A stretch of 64,000 nucleotides of DNA from Tubiluchus corallicola (lineage: Eukaryota; Animalia; Priapulida): contig JAQGDQ010000273.1 in NCBI GenBank assembly GCA_030141605.1, positions 186,001 to 250,000 on the forward strand, written 5' to 3'. Under the pieces are notes generated by a model. The model had not been told where the DNA came from. It searched no databases and saw nothing but the letters and a program-made list of their open reading frames with translations. Of this stretch, positions 51,891 through 64,000 are shown piece after piece (positions within the stretch are counted from its first letter, which is position 1; every line of letters begins with the position of its first letter). A program made the translations under genes and the position numbers.

Positions 51891-54800
51891 CGATCAGTTC
51901 AAAGCGGGATGTTTTTCGTCACTAATAAGCTTGTATTTTCAACAACTAAAACAGCAGATAAGTGACATCTAGGTATAAGCTAGGATTATGAATAAAATAA
52001 GTTGATACTGTCAAGGTAAATGATAATGTAGATGCTACATGATTATCACTAGAAAAAAATTATATCAAACTTTAAGTAACCGCTAATAATCTGTAAAACG
52101 AAGTAGACCAAAGACAAAAATTTTATCTACAGTAGTTGATTTAATTGTTTTAAAGTAATGTCTATACTCAATAAATGCCAATTGCTCAAGTGTTTACCTA
52201 AAAGTACCAAAAAGTTAAAAACCTGCAGAATTTTGTGGCTCTGAATTTCTGAAATGTGAAACTTTGCAGTCTTGTAGGTTTGACTTGTCGTAGTGTGAAA
52301 CTGCCCTAGGTAAATACATAAACAGAACCTAACAGATCATGAAGAGAATCTTCAGACTTCAGACCAGCTTTTAAATTGTTTTTCTTGCGTTTGTCTGCAG
52401 TAAAACAGCCCTACGATGGATAGTTGCAATGTAATAGAGCGGCAATTTAACCCTTGCCGCTTGCACCAATCAATGAACTCTGGTCACCCGCGACCGCCAC
52501 AGCAGCAAAGAAGACGTGCAGCAATCAACATCAAAGAAGTGGTCAGTAATAGGAACTGACAGCATGGGGAGAATGGACATTTCAAATTATAAACATCGAT
52601 TCGTGTCCCATTATCTCGCCACAGCAATTGCTGCTAAACGTATTAGACAATTCACGGCAAAGAGACTGGCGAGGCTCATTCAAACTAATGGAAACGAAAT
52701 TATTGCACAGACAAACTTTAACGACCACACAAAAGAAGTTTTTAAAAGGCAATTCATGAAAGCGACACAAACTAGCAAAGTGAATTCTGTAACACAAGAC
52801 AAGCACACAGACTTTGTGGCTCCAACAAAGAAACTAGAATGATCAACGAGATCTAGACAGAGGAGGACAAGCCAGATTTATGGAATTCAAAACACATTCC
52901 AGCTTTGTCACTGGTCAAAGAAAACCAGCATTAGACTAAACAAAAGGCAGGCGAAAAAGAGCACAGGGTATTCACTAGTCACACATCATTGGACATCATG
53001 TTCTTGGAAGAAAACTTTATAAATGAAATCACAAACAACATTTGCCTATGATATTTTTGATATCATACATTTGCCTTAGTGTGATAGATGAACTTTTAGG
53101 TAAGTATTATAGTGACCGTTGTACATAAAACAAGGGAGTCAAACCCGGAGTTTGGCACCGGTACGGAAAATAAAAACCTTCGTACAGCGTTACCTTAGGC
53201 ACGAAACCGCAAAGCACTCCAAAGTTCTCAGCAATCTCATCTTCAGAACATTAAAAATTGCTCGCGTTTATCTTGTTGAACGGAATGTGGCACCTTGCTA
53301 CTCTTTGATTATTTACATTCACGATAGAGTACGGCACCCACAGTACAAGGTACAAACCATAACTTATAAGATAATACTGGATATCGGATATCGTGACGCT
53401 ACAATAGAACTTTCAGTTTTGCAGAAAACAGCAAAACGTAAAATTCATGAATAATCCTAGGTGTTCTCGGCTGAACAATGACTGACTATCCTCATGCAGA
53501 AATTTACAAAATTTACGCCCAGTGTCAAGGTGATAGACCGTCATTTATAGTTGAGTTTTAAATAAATTATCATGGGGTTCAAACTAAAGGTTGTAGATTA
53601 TTGCCTATCATGCTTGGATTCTAAAAAAACGGTTATCTGCAGTCACTGTGAGTTTAATTTTTCATACGGAGTAAACACAAGTTGAATCAATTATGGCCTG
53701 CTGTTACATAGGAACGACCTGACCACACACTTTTTCAATATCTCTTGAACCACCTGCCCTGGTGGCAGACATCACTTTCCAGTATAACTGCCTATTCCAC
53801 CTCTGCTCACATGAGCAAGTGACTTCACGATCACTCAGAAAAAATTTACGGAATTAAAAGTGTTTGCAAACACGAGTTGAAAAAAATCAAAGGCTTCAAA
53901 AGATAAAAAACTACCTATAATATAGTCAATGGACATTTGTGTTTTGCTCAACGGAAGTGGATTAGTATTTTCGCAATATAATGAAGATTGAAGAGACAAG
54001 TTAGAAATCTTCTATCCAGTACCCATCAATAAACACACAACCCAGATTTACATGTACACATCTGTAGACTTCCACTCCCAAGCTTGCAATAGAAAAACTC
54101 ACTACATGAGCAAACACTGTCGCTCATACATCCGGCGGCTGTTAATGGTGTAAATGGTAACAACAATGAGAATCTGAGAAACGCAATAAACTGGTTACAA
54201 GCAAACGAAATCAAAGAATCTGGGGCGACACATCAAACGTCTTGTCGATTCTCTAATCGAGTGACAGCTCGGCGCTATCTTTCTGTCCTCGGCTTCCAAC
54301 CAAATCAAATGTACTCCTCCTCCGAACAAAAACGACGACGTTTTCATAAATTACATTTTCGTCGAGGCTAAATATTATTGCAGCAGCCCTGAGCGGTCGA
54401 CGATGTCTCCTCGATAATTGACTGAAAGTCGTCGCAATGGAAGAACAAAAATGTTTAGCAACGGAGACTGTTGCGTGCTGAATCTTATTCTGGAATAGTT
54501 CTATTTTTCACATTGGCTATAAAAAACTAGATAGAACAACTCAGTGGACTGGCAAGTATCGCACACTAAATATTTCGTTAAAGCTGTAAAGTTAGACACT
54601 ATTGAATTAGATTGCATTTGCTTTGTAGTTTTCGTTAACTAGTTACAGTAGGAAAGTGCAATTTTATCAATCAAATAATAGATTCTGACGTAAAAATAAT
54701 TATGGTACTTTGCTTATGTTCACCAGTCACACCAGCAAGAAAGAAGCTATATTAGTAGTGAATAATAACTACATATACAAGATGCCATTTGTTTATACCA

Positions 54801-55731
54801 CTTGTTTTCCCTTCATACTTGGTCCTAGATAATAAGTTTTGCCCAATCATGCCTAAACTACGCTTTGCTGTTGCATTGATATAAATTGGAATAGGTGTAG
54901 CATTATTTTCCTAGCTGTTTTACGCACGTCTTCATTAAGGCCAAAAGTTTGGCCAATTTGTGTTTTTTTAGAATATATCTTGTACAAATGCTTATTCTGA
55001 AATCTGAAAGTTATAAAAGAAACATCTTTTTTCTTTTTTTTTGTTAGCTATCATGTATAATATCATAGATGAGATTGTAATGGTTATGAGCACTTCAGCC
55101 ATCATGAATTCGCAATTGGTGATAGATAAATTATTACATGAATTGCATGGTAATACAGCAGTGATTGATGTGTGAACACAATTGCTCTTTACAGATAATA
55201 CATTTCAAAAAAAATGTTGATAAATCAGATTGGGCAATTTCCTGTTAATTGCTGCTTTGCATTCACGCTTGATGATTGATTGAATACCAAGATCACAAGA
55301 CGCCACCTTGTACTCTACACAGTGCATATATGTATCGTGTGTTTTCATAGCAGCAAATTTTAATAAATCTCAAGCTATAAACTTCATAAACCTCAAGGAA
55401 TTACTTGCTCGAGCTAATGTTTCGTTAAAATAAGATTTATTAGGTCGGGCGTAGCTGAACACAAAGTAACTGATTAGCCACTAGTCACAGCATTCCTGAC
55501 GTACCAATAATTAATAGCGTGCCCATGGGAACAGCACAAGGTGCAGCGTTTCCGCTAAACGCAGATTTACAAATTTATATCTGGGATTACGAGCTTACTT
55601 CCTCAGCAAGCCCGATGACTTCTTTAACACTTCTGCACTATGTAGTTATCATTAACATCAGCTGTCAAGGTCAGCAGACATAATAATTAGTAACTGCAAT
55701 AATATGTGCGTGCTACGAGCCAACGCTTACT

Positions 55732-55961
55732 CAGTTTCTTGCCGTTTGTCCAGTGTTGGACAGTTGTGTAACGTTTAATTAACAGGCGAAGATGGTCAAC
55801 CTTACATTTTAGATAATAATAATAATAAGTATTAGCAATAAATGCGTATTAGAAGCAAAAACCCAGTTTATCTTGCCATTTGTCCAGTGTTGGACTGTCC
55901 AAGTCCGTTGGGTAACCTTTAAACAAACAGGTGAGAATAGCCAACAATGCCTTTTTAGATA
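55732..55961. repeat. Diverged local direct duplication (~85-95 bp)
   Basis: cagtttcttgccgtttgtccagtgttggac...ttttagata (55732-55815) and cagtttatcttgccatttgtccagtgttggac...ttttagata (55864-55961). Confidence 0.75.
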
Positions 55962-58616
55962 CGATTTTTATTGTCATAGCCACTGGGCAATTTCCAACAA
56001 TACGACACTCCTTAACTTGCCTTCGTTTTAATTGTAATCTACAGGATCAGAATCGCAGCGCCGAGATTTATAAATTTCAAGAACCTAAAACAATTTTGAT
56101 CAATAATTCACAATGATTGTCAATAATTTCAAGGTTCCGTTGATTTCAAAATTCAAAAGCACCCTTAAAAGTAAATATAAGCTCGATTTACTCAAATGTA
56201 AACAATCAAAGTGTGTCTGGTCAGTGGTCTGTGAGACCACATTAAAAGGTTTATGAGATAAAATCAGCAGTGGAGTATGCATTAATAGCTCATTGGTCGA
56301 CAACGATCGATAAGAAACGGGAAGTTTGCGCTGGTAGTTGGTACATGTAGAAGAACAATTACATCGAGTGGCAATTTCTTGCATAAACTCATTCAACAGA
56401 TTATTGTGGTGTAGAAAAAAAACACATTTCTGCTTAACTATCTGAATAAAAATTTTGAATGTGAATCGGTGTCACTCTAAAGGATCCTAAATGTATAATT
56501 TGCTATTGCATCTCGTATAGCAAACACTAATAATTATACAGACAGTGTGTAGAATAAAACAGCAGGCCTATCCTGCCATTCTGTTGGTGGCGACCACAGT
56601 TTCTATCTATGCATCCATCCTGAAAATCGAAAATTTGAAATTATTAAATTATATAACTGTCTCTAAGTCTAAGGTTTGCAGTATAGCTGTAAGTAATGGA
56701 GCTGATTTTGCAATATATCACCTATAGCTTCTAGATGATCCTTTATGCTTATGTAAGTATTTATTATTACTGTCTGATTTGATGTCACCCAATGGAAATT
56801 AATTAATGTTGCCAAAAACTCGTATCACGTGACGGGAGGATAGGTACCTTAGAGCGGCTGAAACAGAAAAAGTGACACCTTCAAAACAATTCAAGGAGAA
56901 TTATGGGGAATAAAACTTTAAAATGCATGCAATTCGTCTAAAAATAATTCCATTCACAAATAAATTCACAATTTCTTTACATGTCGAGCCAGATTTCAGT
57001 TGTACTCGCAAGCGGCCTCATCAGTGTCTCACTTATACTTATTAAGAAGAGTTTGCGCTCAGCACACAATCAGTAAAAGCCACCTGACGTCTATACCTGC
57101 CTGACTGGTGATAATGAAGCCATGGTTGAAGCAGCATAGCAATTCAACTGCAAATACAAGTTCAACTTGCTTATTTACTAGTAGTAGTAGTACTAAATGA
57201 AAGTCCTAGCGGCCTATTACCAATGTTGAATGATTGCGGAGCACCGAAATCTATATTATTACCAACGGTAATCCTATATCGGCCAGTGAACTAGCGGAGG
57301 GATCTTAAACTCTTAACCACGTTTAGATATCTACTGTATATATCCTTCCTCAAAAAGAGGGGCAGTAAGCGCGGTTTTAGCAATTGTAGCAAGTCGCACT
57401 TGAAACAGCCCATGCAAGTTATCTTCGGCACAGTTTAACTTCGAAAGAAAGCACATATCGCGACATCTCAGCTATTCCGCAGTCGTAATTAGTGGTTTCT
57501 CGTTGGTAAACGAGGTCTGTAAGCATGAATTATTAAAATCCGAAGCAAAATAACTATTATCAGACTGACAGCTCAGTGCAGCGGTATTTGCGCTACCAGT
57601 ACGGCAATCAAAATGACTCTGGCTCGAATAGCTGCCATTGGAAAAATGATCAATTCGATTTTCCCTTTAAGAAAGTAAAGGGTAAGTTTGAAATGGGACG
57701 AACAATCAGAGTATTGATCTGAGAACTCTTCCGGGGTAGCTTCCCTGAATCTCTGCCTTGCAAATTAGTTAACCACTGCAAGTATTCCAACGAGTAACGC
57801 TATGGCAACATAAAAAAAAGAGTTCTCAGACTTGGACGTAATAAGCAGGGATGAAAGTGTACATGACAGATATACTTTCCAGTAGCATAGAGAGGCAACA
57901 GAAACCTAAGCCATGTAGGATAAGTAGCATCAACTTGAAAGTTAGCAGAGCCAGAGACGAACATAGATTGCCATAGAAAAATTATGAGGAAAACAAGTGT
58001 ATTTTTATGAAAAGTGGATGTTCAAGTATTTATGTTTGTCAGGTTACTACTGATTAGTCTACTTTTTTAATATTGCTTATGGCCCAGCGCAAGTGTCATT
58101 GCTCTGACAGGGAGAAACTTGATGAGTGGTGACAGCTGTGGGCCTAAAGCAGTTTTTATCCTTATCATTTTTACAGGAAAACGTGCTTCAGGCCTGGCCG
58201 ACAAAGTAGCAGCATAGCTAAATGGACACGTACAATAAAAGACCGCCAGGTAAAACTGCCCATTATAAAATATAAAGGCCAAGTCAGTGAACTTGCAAGA
58301 CACAGTATAAGCCTATCCCACACAATGCACTTTCGCAACAAGCAATGGGGGAACATTCACAGGCTGTATTAGTGGCATACATGCTGAGCCTCTCACTACC
58401 CAACCGCACTCGATTATACAAATTCGTAATACATAACTGATTCTTATTAGCTAAATATCACGTGACAGTACATTGTTGACGGAAATATTACGGCGTTATT
58501 ATATGCAATGAATGTCACGATGGCACGTGAAGTTTTCATGTTATTCGCTATAGATGTAAGCCTATAAACGGATACGTTTCGTCGTGAAGCTGATCTCGTA
58601 ACCCTCGTTCTCGCTA

Positions 58617-58639
58617 TTGTTGTTGTTGTTGTTGTTGTT
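58617..58639. repeat. (GTT)n microsatellite
   Basis: about 7 units. Confidence 0.9.
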
Positions 58640-59874
58640 TTGTCATAAAAAGATATCTTCGTATTCTAAATTTCTACAATAAAACGGATTTTATTGCAAA
58701 GCTAAATAATATCCTAAATAAATTCGCGATTCCATGGCGTTCCAAACGACATAATTTATTATAAAAGGCAGACACAATCCAATACACAAGTACACAAAAA
58801 ATACAAATCACCTGAAAAACAGAGCTGAAAGCATGTCATAACAAGAAAAAGAAAAGAAACATTGTGAAGATCAATCATAGCTACTGCTGCTATGTCATCA
58901 ATAAAATGTGGATGACTAGATGTTCATTGCATATAAATATATATATGAATACCATGATAGTTCGCTAGATGGTTCTATCCCTTATAAGAATACCTCTATA
59001 CTCAGTGTAACTGTGTAATCTTACTACTGGCCAAATGGGCTGTAAATTGTGTTAGAAAAAGTAATATTTCTCTGTGGGAGTTTGACAATAACCAATGGCG
59101 ATAAGGTCTTTTAGGTGAAGACCACGCCAAGAAATCCGGCTTTAGGGTTTAGACGTTCATTACTTAGTTGAACGATGAAGGCAATAAGCTATTATGTTAG
59201 GCTTAGTAGCCAAAGATTTTACTGTTGCAAAAAGGCGAACAAGGCAAAATGTCAGTTTTGAAGCTTTTTCTCATACAAATGACACAGCGCTACAGCCACA
59301 TCACAGCTTTGTGAAGCGGTTTAAGTTAAAAAATAAAGTATAGTCCACAGCAAGGCATAACATTTAAGAAAGACCTTAAAAAACACAGAAAAGTGTTAAA
59401 AGCTAGGAAGAAAGTGTCCTATGTTTCTGAAGTTACTGGAACACACTCAAGACTTACACAAACATCTCAGAGTACCGCTGCGAGCTTATAGGAATAAAAC
59501 ATGCTTAAATGCCACATGCACATCATAAACCTTCTTCGACACAGGGTAAACAGCCACTAGGCAGTTTTTTCTGCAGTCAGGCTCAACTTAGCAACAGCTC
59601 ACGTTGATAATGAACCACCAATAAATATCTATTTAAAGCGGTTTGAGTTTGAGTTTGGGCGGAGAGTCGATTACTTGCTTTTGAGCTAAACTATAATCAA
59701 AGATTTGGTGCAATGAAATATGATGAACAAAACACTTGTTGATGTTAAAAAAGCATATCAATCAGGAACATAATTTTCTTTCCAGTTGAAAATACTAATT
59801 TACCCCTTACCGCACTCTGCATGACTGGATGTTCATACGGTGTTCATTCATGTTCATACCGGTGTTCACTATAT

Positions 59875-59934
59875 TCTCACAAACAACAGATTTGCATACA
59901 TGAATCTCACAAACAACAGATTTGCATGCATGTA
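59875..59934. repeat. 30-bp tandem duplication, preceded by a ~21-bp duplication at ~59830-59870
   Basis: tctcacaaacaacagatttgcatacatgaa / tctcacaaacaacagatttgcatgcatgta. Confidence 0.9.
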
Positions 59935-60191
59935 TCGTGTAAACGCCTCAACGAGTTACTCTCGATACTTCTCCGTATGAATAGAGAAGACAGTGTCAGC
60001 TCGCATTTACTGTCGGAGAGTAACTCGCAGCAAGTTTCGCTCTCTAGTCTAAACACGCGCTTGCGAATTACTTGACGAGTTTACTTAATAAACCATAACA
60101 GTATGCATTAAATGAAACAAGCCTCATTTCTAGTATATAGAGTTCTACTATGAGCTCTAGTATACGTTTTTTTTGCTGGAATGTTCTTGCA

Positions 60192-60219
60192 ATTATTATT
60201 ATTATTATTATTATTATTT
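60192..60219. repeat. (ATT)n microsatellite
   Basis: about 9 units. Confidence 0.9.
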
Positions 60220-60807
60220 ATCGCTAAACAGATAATGTGAATCTAGTTTTAGTAAAACATATCATTCGCTTACATTAATATTATTTTGACCACTTTAATA
60301 AAAACAGAATTTTATGACCGAATTTTTAAAACAATCTTATTTTTACCAGAAAAATTTAGATAAAATGTAATATGATATGTGACACATATGAATTTCATAC
60401 TAAGCCTCAGTCTAAGAGTCTATGCAAACTCTTACAACAGCACTTAAACCAAATATTCTAGCACTTGTCCTTTAAGACATAACAAAAGCATACATATGAT
60501 AAGACAGTCAGCCTCGTTTTCTTGCTCAGGTGTAATTAAGGATTAATATTTCATGGCAGGAAATAAATTATGAAGACTAAATTACCGTAAGGAGTTCAGC
60601 GCCACGGGGCTTTATAACAACCCACCCAGATTCACGTGCTGTAATTCTACAGCTTAGAAGACAACGTCGATAATCTGCAGAATCTCATCTGAATCGGCCC
60701 AGAAGGGGGTCCTTGTCCCAGTTCGACGGTGTCGAATTCCCACCGCAGGAAGGTGCTAGTTAATTATACGAAGGCAGTGGCTTCATTTCAACCGGCATGT
60801 ACCCGCT

Positions 60808-60878
60808 GGGTCGATGGCTTCGCTAGGCTCAGTCCTCGGTGGTCGACACAGTGATAATTAGAATCAGACTAAGGCAAG
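60808..60878 (+). ncRNA. Candidate degenerate HDV-like ribozyme
   Basis: Elements in the expected order: P1 GGGUCGA/UCGACAC (6 of 7 pairs), L3 UCCUCG, AG, P4 UGAU/AUCA, J4/2 CUAA. P2 and P3 are only partly paired. Confidence 0.35.
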
Positions 60879-62320
60879 AATTTAAGATGCACGCACAAAA
60901 AGCTTATTAGCAGTGCTTTAACTTGCTGACCCGGTTAATACTTTACAAATCTAAACTCTGTGGTGAAAATTGGTAATCAATAATAACAACGCAGCTGTGA
61001 AAAAGAGAACAGATAAGTGGAAATGAACGTCAAATCAATATAGTACCTCCCTGCTATAGCCTAATTGTTTGTTTCTGTTTGCTCGGTTTTTAACAGACGT
61101 GTGCCCAGTACCCAGAAAATGCTAAAGCAAAGACAACAAAAAATGATAGTGTAATCAGGACATCACAAGCTATGTAAGAAAAGGAACAAGCTAATTTACT
61201 AAATTTGAAATTGTGCTCTTAAAGTGAAAAAAAACATAAGATAAACGCTGCTGGTTGTAAAACATTTCAGAATTATTTTATGAAAACAAAACTGTATACC
61301 TGATCGGTATGAAGCCAACATCATCAGTTGCAATACATAATTTATAAGTAACCTATATGTGAGCACCCGAGTAATTTTTTGAAAGACAGCATGCGGTAAT
61401 GGCTCTGGTTTATTCCCTATAATAATTTGCTGAGTCCACATATAAGGAGTGCTATCAGTAAGTCAGCCTCTGTTGTTTCTGGATGTGTGTCAATTAACTT
61501 TAAGTCCGGATCTAAAAAGTTCAGGACGGGTAGAGTATTTTCTGCCTAGCGTAGACGGGGGCTAACGACATATTCCGCGACGACTTAATTAACACACATA
61601 GTTAGTGGACGTAAATGAGATTTGTTACGTTCCTTGATGCCTTAACGCATGAAGGGCAAATCACGCTTTGAATTTGAAGGGCATACAACAAGCGTTGCCT
61701 ACCATTACATGCAGCAAAGACAGATAGCATTTGACAAACCTGCAACTTATATTCTGCTTAAACAATGCACAGAGATGTTATTTTGCTTACCAATCCGTTA
61801 AAATTCGGTCTAGTATGGATACACATACACACAGCCACACCAGCCAAACGACAGGGGGAATTTCATACTTTGTGGACATAGCATTCGCGCTTGATAATAG
61901 GCAACCAAATCCGTTAAGTTAATTTGTGAAGAATTGTAACTGATGATGGCCGCTTGCCTTAATGCAGAAATTCTTAGGAATAACAGAAAACGTTAGAATT
62001 CTTCTAAAAATTTAAATGAACTAAACAGATAAAAAATCTGAAAGCATAAATGATGCAGAAAACGCAGCTCAGCCTGATAATATGTGCACAGGAGTAAATT
62101 TCAACTTGTTAGTGACGTCTTATCTTAAAGATATTGCAGCAAACTACTAAAATACTCAGCCAGTTTGTTCAAGTAGTGTGTACGAGCCGAGAAAATTGCA
62201 ACAAAAATTGTTTGATTTTTATTTCTACAGGGCTTAAGCAATATACTGTTCAGTAAGATGCACTCACGGTCAGCATATAAGCGCACGAAAGCAATACTAT
62301 ATTACAAAAGTGTAAACTTT

Positions 62321-62390
62321 ACACCAGATAGGGACTCGAATTCAAGACCTGCTTTTCGGGTAGCTAGCTATGCTAATCAATTAAATGCTA
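62321..62390 (-). mobile_element. Decayed tRNA-SINE head fragment
   Basis: Minus strand TAGCATTTAATTGATTAGC (A-box-like) ... GAATTCGAGTCCC (B-box-like) at tRNA spacing; does not fold into a clean cloverleaf. Confidence 0.3.
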
Positions 62391-62740
62391 GGGTTTTAAA
62401 GTAATTTAAATCATAGATTACACAGTTTCTCTGATTTACCTTCTCTGTGGGTCTTATTCGGGGACATAAAATTTTGTATATTCAACTGTATGAACTTATA
62501 ATCTGAATGAGTGGGTTATAAACAGTAACCTAATTATGTCAGTATCAGATGCTCCCTGTAAGCCGTAAATCCAAGCAGTCAGTACACAACAACCAACTCT
62601 GCTCTATGCTATCTGCCGCCAAAGAGAGGGCAAATGTTAGCTCGAACGAGTTTGCAAACTACAGCCGCGGCCAGAGAGGTCAACAAACACGAGAACCGGG
62701 CAATTTGTACTTAACAACTGGGACGAGGAAAGGATACTTG

Positions 62741-63388
62741 TTCTCACGCATTTACATTAGTCCCTTGAGATATACAATTTAAACATGTGCGCAATCAAAT
62801 GCATTAAGAGCGTTTTTTGCTTTCCCACAAAGTGAGACTTGAAAAACCTACTTCATTTTGTCAAACAAACCTCTAGTTTTAACAACATTCGGACTGGTAA
62901 ACATATAGTCCCACACCTTTTGCATAGGATCATATTTTTTGTAAGGATGATCTGGTGAAATTGGGACAAACTGGCAGACCTGAGAGAGAGCACAAAACAA
63001 TAAAGTTCTTAGTATTTTCAAGACATCATATAACTAAGAACACGAACTCGCCATTCTCACGCATTTACATTAGTCCCTTGAGATATACAATTTAAACATG
63101 TGCGCAATTAAATGCATTAAGAGCGTTTTTTGCTTTCCCACAAAGTGAGACTTGAAAAACCTACTTCATTTTGTCAAACAAACCTCTAGTTTTAACAACA
63201 TTCGGACTGGTAAACATATAGTCCCACACCTTTTGCATAGGATCATATTTTTTGTAAGGATGATCTGGTGAAATTGGGACAAACTGGCAGACCGGAGAGA
63301 GAGCGCACAAAACAATACAGTTCTTAGTATTTTCAAGACATCATATAACTAAGAAACTAACTAACTTCATATCGATCTCGCCATTCTC
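62741..63388. repeat. Recent ~313-bp tandem duplication
   Basis: Copy 1 starts 62741 and copy 2 starts 63054. They are near-identical, with three substitutions and a 2-nt indel seen, plus a longer indel near the 3' end. Confidence 0.97.
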
Positions 63389-64000
63389 TGAGATTCATGC
63401 TTTTAGTCAAGGTTCAATAATGATTTTTTTAACTCAGTAAATCAATGAAACAGCTAGACTGAACAATTTACTTGTTGAACTAACACAAGTAACTAACACC
63501 CTGGTCGAGAAACAACTCCTCGTTTTATCTAAAAATGCTAAGGCCAGCCAGACGGCGAGGACATGCCAGTCATAACGTGCAGAGTCACAGCTCTTGTAGC
63601 ACATGCAGTACGGCATTACAGTAGGCAGACAACCTGATAAAAGGCCTAGAACTACCATTTCCAGAAATAGTTCAAAAATTGGTTGAATAGCTTACTCAAA
63701 TCAATAAGTGTTGGTTCTATTTTTTCATGCAGGCATACAGTCAGGACTCCATCGAGATTCCAAAAGACTAAACATCGAGCCGGATAAATCTAATCCATCA
63801 AAATCTTGCAGATAGCGAGAAAGTCATGTCGTAGAGAAAAGCAAGAGAAATTCGCATTTTAGGAATTGGGTTCCTCAAATCGAATTACTAACGTTTCGTT
63901 CATGATCAAATTAAACTTGCCTAGATCTGGCGAATGTTTGGCCACATAAATCAAGACTGTGATAGCTAAACAGCAAGCAGCTATATAATATACGCACTTG

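Noticed and set aside
52516-53454. Two ~110-aa plus-strand ORFs
   Set aside because: Non-ATG starts, no recognisable domain, no consistent splice structure
56985-57030. CUGAUGA...GAAA on the minus strand
   Set aside because: Stem II needs three C-A mismatches and stems I and III do not pair
1-64000. CRISPR array, operons, rRNA
   Set aside because: The sequence is spliceosomal-intron-containing animal DNA; no regularly spaced repeat-spacer array or rRNA-like block was seen

Overview
AT-rich animal genomic DNA from an invertebrate (lineage not determinable from the sequence). The left ~13 kb holds the 5' part of a minus-strand, multi-exon perlecan/HSPG2-like gene. It has a Pro/acidic exon with a Ser-Gly glycosaminoglycan cluster, a two-exon SEA domain, then at least nine LDL-receptor class A repeats, each on its own phase 1-1 exon. 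The gene runs off the window at position 1. I assembled the 12 exons by hand from GT-AG sites and they join in one open frame. The signal-peptide exon (17403-17462) and promoter/first exon (~24443-24850) are only candidates. From ~25 kb to 64 kb I see no convincing coding exon. Introns and the upstream desert contain transposon relics: Penelope-like head-to-head inverted fragments with decayed hammerhead cores (three loci), a MetaSINE with an (ATT)31 tail, an RTE-X-like RT fragment, hAT- and Kolobok-like MITEs, a Helentron-type element and a recent 313-bp tandem duplication. There is also a candidate HDV-like ribozyme. No rRNA, intact tRNA or CRISPR array was seen. All structures were read by eye; nothing was computed or searched.
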